Part shown: positions 56,452 through 64,000 of the stretch, piece by piece
How the letters are laid out: every line of letters begins with the position of its first letter
How positions within the stretch are numbered: position 1 is the stretch's first letter
Origin: an uncultured Mycoplasma sp.
Lineage (GTDB): Bacteria > Bacillota_I > Bacilli_A > Mycoplasmatales > Metamycoplasmataceae
Reading direction: 5' to 3'
DNA: 64,000 bases
NCBI GenBank assembly: GCA_947039955.1
Contig: CAMRAC010000004.1
Location: 47,344 to 111,343 of the forward strand
Position numbers and translations under genes: made by a program
The notes under the pieces: generated by a model
What the model saw: the letters and a program-made list of their open reading frames with translations, nothing else
Database searches by the model: none
What the model was told of the DNA's origin: nothing

Positions 56452-57332
56452 TAATCAACCTCTACTAAGTGTTTCAATATTTTTTCTGTTCAAGAACTTT
56501 TTTTCATAAATTCTAAATTATTTTTATAAACTTCACTCGGCAATTTAATTGTATTGTTTGTTAATTTTTTTGAAACTTCATACATTTGAGATAAAGTTCC
56601 TGATTTATTTTCAAAAAATAAAACATATGTTTCAAAAGATATTTGGGCCATTCATTTATTTCTTTCAATAAAATAACCCTTATAATAATTACCTTTATCA
56701 AAGGGCGGCAAACTATACAAAATAGTTCCTTGTTCCCTTGCATAATTAATGATTTTCTCTTGTTGAGCATTAATTTTATTAGTTATATCAACTCCTGGGA
56801 AAATTATTATTTTTTGATTATTTTTTATTGCATTATTATGAGCAATAGTGTCAGCTCCTTTTGCTAATCCTGAAACAATTATTTTATTTTTAGGAACATT
56901 CTTTTCAACTCATGATTCCATATTTTTATTAGTTTTTCTAGATCCCACAACTGAAACATAATCTTTATAATTTTTTTGCAAAAACTCTAATTGTCCTTCA
57001 TAAAAAAAGAATAAACTGTTTTTTAATTCACCAAAACATTCAAATAAATGAAAATCATCTTTTATGATACTTTTGATATTTTTCATTTCTAAAATAAATA
57101 TTATTGATTTTATTCTTTCTTGAAAATAAGATAATTTAATATTTTCAAATAATGTTATATTTTCAGTTATTTCTTTTTCTTTTTCTTTAATAAAATTTTC
57201 AAAATTAACACCTATTAATTTGTTGAATTTTGTTATCGTCATATCTTCTTTATCTTGTTGTTCTAAATCAAATAATGCATAATATTTAGCTATAAGTTCA
57301 TTTCTATTTATTTCCATATTAATATAATACAT
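56451..57332 (-). CDS. DprA/Smf-like (SLOG fold) protein, 293 aa (ShosA-like)
   Basis: ..YVSVVGSRKTNKNMESW VEKNVPKNKIIVSGLAKGADTIAHNNAIKNNQKIIIFPGVDI...FIERNKW .. matches the DprA Rossmann core (VGSR...SGLA.G.D..AH...G.D..FxxRN). The frame was followed by hand from 56910 to TAA at 56451. Confidence 0.75.
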
Positions 57333-57377
57333 TTAAAAACTTGTGTTAAGCATTAAAACTACAATTTATTTTATTGA

Positions 57378-58143
57378 TTATAGTTTTAAAATACAAGATT
57401 TATTTTTTCACAAGCAAATCTTGCCACCTTCTTTGCCAATTTTAAGATAACTCTCTATTCCTTCAAATATAAAAACCAAAGCTATCTCTACAGAAATGAT
57501 CTTGGAATAGGAATCTCCAAAATAATCTTTTAACTCCTTAAATGGATAATAGCATGACTCTTTTATTTCTAGAGATATTTTTTTGATTTTCAAAAACATT
57601 GTCGATGTAAAAAATTGTTTTATCTTGAGGTGTTTTATATTTTGTAATACTAACTTTTTTTAGAAATTTGTATTTTGTATTTTTTTCTAAATTTTCATAG
57701 TCTTTAGGAAGGGTTTTAACGCTTGATATTTTCTTACCAATATAAGTTGATTCTTCCTTAGTTTTATAACCCACTCTCTTATTAGGGTTACCATTATTAA
57801 CCTTAATATCATCTACACCAGTTGCATCTTTACGTGTTAGCAATGAAAGTAATGCTCTTTCCATAGATTCACTCTCTTTTCAAGAACCAACATTTATTTT
57901 TGCTTTCGCTTTTGATTTAATTATTCATTTACAATCAGGTTCATGATTATTTTTAGCTCTAAAATAACATATTTTTTTATAATTAAAACCAAAGGCAGCA
58001 ATAATCATAGGGGTTTTGCATAAGTCAAAAGAACAAATATATCTTTGTTCAATTAAATTATCAATGTGCTTATCTATTTCTGATTTAGACATATCAGCAT
58101 AATCCTTGAGTGTAGTATTAGGTTCGATTTCTATGTATTTCAT
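57378..58143 (-). pseudogene. Frameshifted gene for a Cys-rich, possibly PD-ExK-type protein
   Basis: The frame of 57925-58143 and 57538-57864 ends at TAA 57538. An overlapping frame (57408-57599) continues to TAA 57378. Removing one A from the A7 tract (T7 at 57578-57584 on the plus strand) fuses them to ..IFYIDNVFENQKISLEIKESCYY.. Confidence 0.5.
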
Positions 58144-58275
58144 GTGTACTAAAATTATATACCTTATATGACCTCAGGAACACATAAGCGTTAATACAAA
58201 TAACACTACAAAAAGCAAAAAAGTATTTATAATTGATTCATAAATTAAATATAAATTTAATTTAAAGGAGGAAAT

Positions 58276-58557
58276 ATGCCAAGAGGTTTATATCACAATG
58301 ATGCAGAGCAAGCATGAGATGATGCGGACGAATGCAATTGCGAAGCAGGTGATTGTTACGAAAACAATCATAAAGAATGTGGATTATGTACTGACCACAT
58401 TCTCTATGGTTCTCATGAAAGCGTCATTGGACAACAAACTAGTTATTATAGATGAAATATTGATCATAAAAAAGCAACTAGCAAGAACGGCAAAAATATA
58501 AGATCAAATAGACATGCCGTTCATGTTTCATGCAACCAAGAAAAAGCCGATAATTAA
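58276..58557 (+). CDS. Small HNH endonuclease-family protein, 93 aa
   Basis: AAAGGAGG lies before the ATG. MPRGLYHNDAEQAW DDADECNCEAGDCYENNHKECGLCTD...YYRW NIDHKKA...HAVHVSCNQEK shows a Cys cluster plus HNH motifs. Confidence 0.8.
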
Positions 58558-58566
58558 ATATACTAT

Positions 58567-58597
58567 AAAACCCTAAACTAATTTGGGTTTTATTTTG
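58567..58597 (+). terminator. Terminator-like hairpin after the first HNH gene
   Basis: aaaaccc...gggtttt followed by attttg. Confidence 0.55.
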
Positions 58598-58691
58598 TCA
58601 ATAATTAATTTTAATTGTAATTGAGAAATAATCTCATTTTTTAAAATTTGAGTATATAATTGGAATTGAGTCAGATAAAAAAGGAAGTCAC

Positions 58692-59876
58692 ATGATTTTA
58701 AAATACTCTATAGAAAACTTTAAGTGTTTTCAAGAAAAAGAAACAATTAACTTTAAGGCGAAGAAAATTTCTGAAAGTTTTGATACTGAGAGTTATTTAC
58801 TATTAGATAATGATATTTTGCCAATCATTTCTATTTATGGACCTAATGGAGGTGGAAAGACATCCTTTATTGAGTCTATTTCATTTTTAAAAAACATTGC
58901 GCTTGGAAGCGATAAAGTAAATGGAATGATTCTTCATTTTCTAAAAAATGAAAAGAACGTTTTAAAAGATATTAAATGGGAAATTGAGTTTACTTCAATA
59001 GATAAATCTGTATACCGATATGTTTTGCATTATAACAATGCAATCACATTTGAATCTCTTTTTAAAAAAAATGATCTAATTTTTAAAAAGAATAAAGATA
59101 ATGTTGAGTTTTGCAAGGAAATTCTTGAAAGTAATATAAAAATTGAAAATAAAGCAAAGGAATCATCAATGTTACAATTCATAAACTCTATTTTAAACAA
59201 TGAAGATATAGCCATAGTTATTAGAGAATTTAAGAAAATTAATTATCTTGATTCGTCTGAAGATATAACTATCAAACACACAAACGGAGTGCCGGAGTTG
59301 GATTTTGGAGATATTAATTTTATAAAAAATAAAAAGGAGATCTTTATAAAAATTTTTATAGATTTAGACATAAATATTCATGATTTAGAATTTTATGAAG
59401 ACCCATTTAACCCCAATAATATTAAGATATGATCTGTAAAAAAATCAAGTTTTGGGAGTGTTTTTAGAATCCCTTTTTTTGAAGAATCAAAAGGAACTAT
59501 GAAGTTATTACATTTGATGACCTACTTTATTAAAGGACTGATAAATAAAGAATCTTTTATAATTGATGAATTAGATTCTGCATTGCACACAAAATTATTA
59601 AAGTATATTATCAAGTTGTTTAATTCAAAGGAAATGAACAAAGAATCACAATTAATTTATACTTCGCACGATATGCCTACTTTAAATAAAGAAAATTTTA
59701 GAAGAGATCAAATTTACTTTTGTGCAATCAATGAATCTTACTTTTCCAACATTATATCTTTAAAGGATATTGGCGCTAGAAATGATGATAAGTATTATAA
59801 AAAATATCTTGAAGGTAAATATGGATATGACCCTTATATAGATTATTCAATCAAGGCTTTTGATGGTAAAAAATAG
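58692..59876 (+). CDS. AAA-type ATPase (AAA_15/21-like, OLD/AbiLi/PtuA-like), 394 aa
   Basis: Walker A is IYGPNGGGKTS and Walker B is FIIDELDSALH. The track fragments are joined by one TGA. Confidence 0.8.
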
Positions 59877-60465
59877 CGGTAAAACCTTAAAAACTTCCGT
59901 TATTTGCGAAGGAGAAACGGACAAATGATTTCTTAACTTTTTGAAAACTAATTTATATCAAACAAGGCAACCAGTCTGCAAAGAACACTCTCAAGTGATT
60001 TACGGAACAATTAATTTAGCAAATATAAAAAAGAAGATTGAACGTGATTGTTGCAGAGCGTTTTATTTTTTTGATAAAGATGAAATAAGAGAAGGTATGT
60101 TGCAAAAGTTGAAAGATAAAATAAAGGAACAAGGAGATACTTGAATATTTTTTAACCCACAAATGGAATTGTGTTTATTAGCAATATTTGAGAAACACCA
60201 CGATTATAAACTAGACAAAAAAACACTTGAACAAAAACTTACAAAACATATTAATAATAATAATATTTACAAAGATAAATATGATCATAAGCCAGAAATA
60301 TTACAAAAAATATTATTACATCTTAAAGAAATAGTTAAAGATGACAAAAACGATTATACATTATTGCAATTTGAAGAAAATTTACAACATTATAATTCCA
60401 ATAAGTATTTACACACAAACTTGATAGAATATATAAATCACTTAAAAATGAAAAGAGAGAACTAA
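59863..60465 (+). CDS. RloB-like (Toprim-like) protein, 200 aa
   Basis: The ATG at 59863 overlaps the ATPase 3' end by 14 nt. The N-terminal TSVICEGETDKW FLNF matches the RloB motif (CEGE.TE..YF). Three fragments are joined by TGA. Confidence 0.7.
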
Positions 60466-60466
60466 A

Positions 60467-60748
60467 ATGGCGGAAATAAAATACAACGAAGAAATAGAAA
60501 CAATATGAGAGAGTGCTCCTTATTGTAATTGTGAAAAAGAAGACTGTAAGATAATTGAACATCGTTTGTGTGATATTTGTTCTAAGACAATCTTGTATGG
60601 AGCTCATGAAAGTATTGAAAGCCAAAGAAACAACCCCGGAGCATGAAACTTTGATCAAATCATTGCCAAGTCTAATGGTGGTGGAGATGGTATCTTAAAC
60701 CTGCAAGCTGTTCACATTAACTGCAACAGAGATAAAACTGATCAATAA
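60467..60748 (+). CDS. Small HNH-family paralogue, 93 aa, with DH replaced by DQ
   Basis: MAEIKYNEEIETIW ESAPYCNCEKEDCKIIEHRLCDICSK...GAW NFDQIIAKSNGGGDGILNLQAVHINCNRDK. It has the same length and Cys pattern as the gene at 58276-58557. Confidence 0.7.
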
Positions 60749-60768
60749 TAAATTTCTATAAATTAAAA

Positions 60769-60800
60769 ATATTCAATTAGTTAATTAACTAATTGAATAT
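60769..60800. promoter_or_regulatory. 32-nt perfect palindrome
   Basis: atattcaattagttaa|ttaactaattgaatat. Confidence 0.9.
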
Positions 60801-60832
60801 AATAAAGTAAATAATAAAGATAAGGTCTTCAT

Positions 60833-61069
60833 ATGACAACAGAACAAAGAGAACAATGAAACAAGGATTTATTATCTTTGACTAAAGATAAGCAAACCGC
60901 CACTCTCTTCTTTAAACAAACCAGTACCCCTTTAACCAATGTAACATGTAGTTCTTGTCCATATGAATCATCTATGACCTTAGATGATGAACAAGACAAG
61001 CTCAACAACGCTTTTTATGGCACCATGTTTAAAACATGCGCTGTTTGCTTCCTTAAGAACAATCATTAA
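60833..61069 (+). CDS. Small Cys-containing protein, 78 aa (possible zinc ribbon)
   Basis: MTTEQREQW NKDLL...VTCSSCPYES...KTCAVCFLKNNH has a CxxC...CxxC arrangement. It is in frame with track ORF 60878-61069. Confidence 0.5.
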
Positions 61070-61314
61070 CGACTTGTTAATGATTTGAGTCTTGTTTAGA
61101 TTTCAGAGGTAAAACATTGAAACCACAATATAAAATTGTTGGCTCATTTTTTTATTACATAATACATTAAATAATTATGTATAATTTTGAGTATATATTT
61201 GTTGTAATTATATTAAACAAATAAAGTGCTAAAAACATTAAATATTATTGTGAATAAAATTTTTCTAAAACTGATTTACTAGGTTTTAAGAAAAATACAA
61301 AAAGGTAGGTATTT

Positions 61315-62196
61315 ATGAGTGAAATTTTGGGATTTTTTGATGATTTTGAAGCAAACTCAATAACTGACAAAAAAATCGAGGACGGTATTTGTATTTTTTA
61401 CCAAAGTCCTAAAAAATATTTACAAAATGAAGGTTGTTACCTAAAAGTTTATTATAAAAAAGAAAAATATGAAGAGTTTTTTGGACCTGTTTTTCATTTG
61501 TGTGGGAAACACTTAAGAAAAATAAATAAAGAGTTTGGAATTGATTTAATAAGCGATGGAAATACATGACTAAAAAATAAAGGATATGATAAAACCACTT
61601 CACATTTATTAAAAAAATTTGAAAATAAAAGTGTTAAAGGTTTGCAAGATTTCCACATCAACTTTAACAAAGTAAGTTTTAATTTAAAAGAAAGCATAGA
61701 AAAACAATTTTTAAATAAAAAAGAAATAGAAAAATTTTATGATTCTGAAATGCTTTTCTGAAATAATACTTTTCACTTTATTGGATTGCCTTTTGAATTA
61801 TTAAATGATTTTGAATTTAGTGAATTTATAGGTAATGATTCAAAATTGCAAGGTATTAATAATGGTCCTGATTATATATTTAAAAATATAAAAGAAGAGT
61901 ATGTTGGCTTGGAAATTGTAGAAATGATTAAAATAGAATATAATACTTTTAAAAACTCTGATATTCTTGAAAAGCGAACATTTGACACATTAGAAAAATT
62001 TCATAGTTTTAATGATATTTTAAAAGATGCAAAAAATATATTAGATAAAAAAGAGCTAAAATTGAAAAATTACAAGAAAACCGACAAACTTTACTTGGGT
62101 ATTGTGGTTCCTAAAATAATTATAGACTATCAAATTTTATTATTGGAATTATTATTAAACAAAGAAACTAAATTTGATGGTGTGTTTATTTTATAA
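61315..62196 (+). CDS. Hypothetical protein, 293 aa
   Basis: Track ORFs 61315-61569 and 61786-62196 share a frame and are joined by TGAs. It contains ..GPDYIFKNIKEEYVGLEIVEMIK.. No family was recognised. Confidence 0.6.
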
Positions 62197-62627
62197 TAGG
62201 AAATATGAAGCGTCCCAAAGATTTAAAACAACTTTTTTAAAAATTGTTTTTGTCTAAAAAAACATAATAGCACATTTATTTTTAGTCATTTTTAATTAAA
62301 GAAACAATAATTGTTTTATATAGACTTTTAGCTCTTATATTGAATCCATAATACTTTTAATGTGGAAATTGACATAGTTTATGAGGTTGGTAAATCATTT
62401 AATTTTTTGATATGTTCGCTTTTAGAGATTGAAAAATTGCTCAGAAACTAGCCTTTTTAAAATTTAAAAATTCTATCTAACAAATAATTTTTTAATAACG
62501 TTATATCAAAAGTTAAGTTTAACTTATTATCTGAAAACTTGGCAGAGAGAATGAATTAAAAAAATCTCAAAAATAACATCAGAACATAGAAAAATCACAA
62601 ATAAATTAGTATAAGTTAAATTAGTAT

Positions 62628-64000
62628 TTATTTATCTTCATACATTTTAATAATAATTTTTTTTCTAGATTCTAAAAACTTTTCATAACTTTTCTGATTT
62701 ATTCCATTGTCCAAAATAGCTTTATATGACGCCTCTAATTGTTTAGCTAATTCAGAATCTTTACTTTTTCCTCAAATATAAATTTTGTCAGAGTAAATAT
62801 ACTTCATTTCTATCAAATCTGACTTGTCTCTATTTTCTTCTTTAGTTATTAAAGATAAATTTGCGAAAGAAGAAATTCCCGTGTTGATATTTGCGGCCAA
62901 TAGTTTAGCCTTGGGTATTAAATGATCATCTTCAAAAAGAAGATCATCATTATCACCAAGAGTTAAATCTTGCATGAATAAATATGCCATTAGTGTTCTA
63001 GATTTTTTATCAAAAGTTTTCCCTTTATTTTTTAAACTTTCATAATAAAAGTTTTCTATTGTGTTCTTAATAGCGTCATTTTCCAAATCTTCTAGATACT
63101 TATTTTCTTTTATATAATTGAAAGCCGTTTTAGAAGAACTAGTTTCAAATGGTTTGGAAAGCAAATCGTGAATGTAGTGTTTCATAAACATCTTTTTATA
63201 TTTATTAGCAAAATCTGTATTAGTCATTTCTCCAAACAAATAAGACCCCTTATAGATATTACCCAGAATAACAATAATGTATGTTTTGTCTGGCAAAAAA
63301 GCCCCTGAATTATGTTCTATTTTATTTCCTTTGTAGTTATGAAATAGTTTGAATATTAAATCAAACCTTTCTATACAATCATGAAAACTTGATATTATTT
63401 TATCAACATCAACAGCCTTTTTTACCAATTTCTTAAATTCACAACCAATCTGATTATCGGTAAAGTTTAATGTTTTTTCAAAATCATTTTCTTTTTTTTG
63501 ATATTCAAAAATAATATAAATTTTAATTAAAATTATCAACGATGGAATGCCTGTTATATTTTGATTTGATGCTTTTTTTGTAGATTTTGTATCCTCTTTT
63601 CCAGAAAAAGTTTTTGAAATATGGTTAGTTCAATTCTTAGAAAATAATTCTTCAAATATATACCAAATAACATCAAAAGGAGAAAGTTTTTCTACTTTTT
63701 CATATTTAAAACCAAAAGAATTCTCGATAATAATGTTTAATTTTTCTTCAATTTTTTTTGATATTTTTTTATAAGTAAAATCCATTTCAATTATTGATCA
63801 TTGGCTTTTTCATATATCAGAATTATCTAATTTTACACCTTTTGTGTTTATTAACTCGAATAATTTAGAAGATTCTTCAGCAGAACCATAGAAAATTGTT
63901 GAAGATAGAAGATATTCATCTATACCTAATTTAAATGAACTAATTTCATGAATTTTTTGTAAAACTTGGGTTGTAAAATAATAGTTTAATTCACAGTTTA
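62628..64000 (-). CDS. Second DUF262/DUF1524-like protein; N-terminus beyond the window end
   Basis: ..LINTKGVKLDNSDIW K.. is a DUF262-type motif. ..DDHLIPKAKLLAANINTGISSFANLSLITKEENRDKSD.. is a DUF1524 His-Me motif. The track stop at 62772 is TGA and the true TAA is at 62628. Confidence 0.7.

Noticed and set aside
56561-56867. ORFs 56561-56770 (-) and 56643-56867 (+)
   Set aside because: Both lie inside the DprA-like gene. The DprA frame shows clear family motifs across this interval when TGA is read as Trp.
60335-60658. 107-aa minus-strand ORF, and similar ones at 61409-61697
   Set aside because: They are antisense to the RloB-like/HNH genes and to the 293-aa gene. Their hydrophobic low-complexity translations show no start context.
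1-64000. Searched by eye for rRNA, further tRNAs, CRISPR arrays, transposases, integrases and ICE/prophage genes
   Set aside because: I recognised only the single tRNA-His. No DDE, tyrosine or serine recombinase motifs or phage structural genes were noticed. Absence is not proven without profile searches.

Overview
This is a very AT-rich chromosome segment of Mollicutes type. G+C was judged by eye, not computed. TGA clearly encodes Trp: the invariant sigma-70 'TYATWWIRQA' uses TGA-TGA at 11936-11941. The supplied standard-code ORF track therefore fragments most genes. I re-joined fragments by hand, checking that only TGA, never TAA or TAG, interrupts each frame, so all coordinates are hand-derived. 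No similarity search was possible, and every family call rests on motifs I could read.

About 65 genes are present.

(1) Housekeeping blocks: ffh, rnhC-like, trmL, rbgA, rpoD, dnaG, glyQS, tsf, rpsB, aspS, hisS, secDF, ruvAB, tRNA-His, efp, pepP and rpmG.

(2) A three-gene island sits between rpsB and aspS (20174-23856). It holds a C5-cytosine methyltransferase with an in-frame G11 tract, a 176-aa unknown and a DUF262/DUF1524 (GmrSD-like) nuclease.

(3) A minus-strand accessory stretch runs from 35.6 to 53.5 kb.
- A six-gene glycosyltransferase operon is headed by an orphan GTP cyclohydrolase II homologue.
- Three tandem BspA-like LRR lipoprotein genes share 200-357 bp identical blocks.
- An operon encodes an ABC ATPase, a permease and two giant surface proteins (1191 and 850 aa).

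(4) A defence-type island lies at 55.8-64 kb.
- A DprA-like plus PRTase-like pair (ShosTA-like).
- A frameshifted nuclease-like gene.
- An HNH / AAA-ATPase / RloB-like / HNH cassette.
- Small unknowns and a second DUF262/DUF1524 gene.
- Just upstream are an orphan two-gene cassette and an ndk gene.

No rRNA, CRISPR array, transposase or integrase was recognised.
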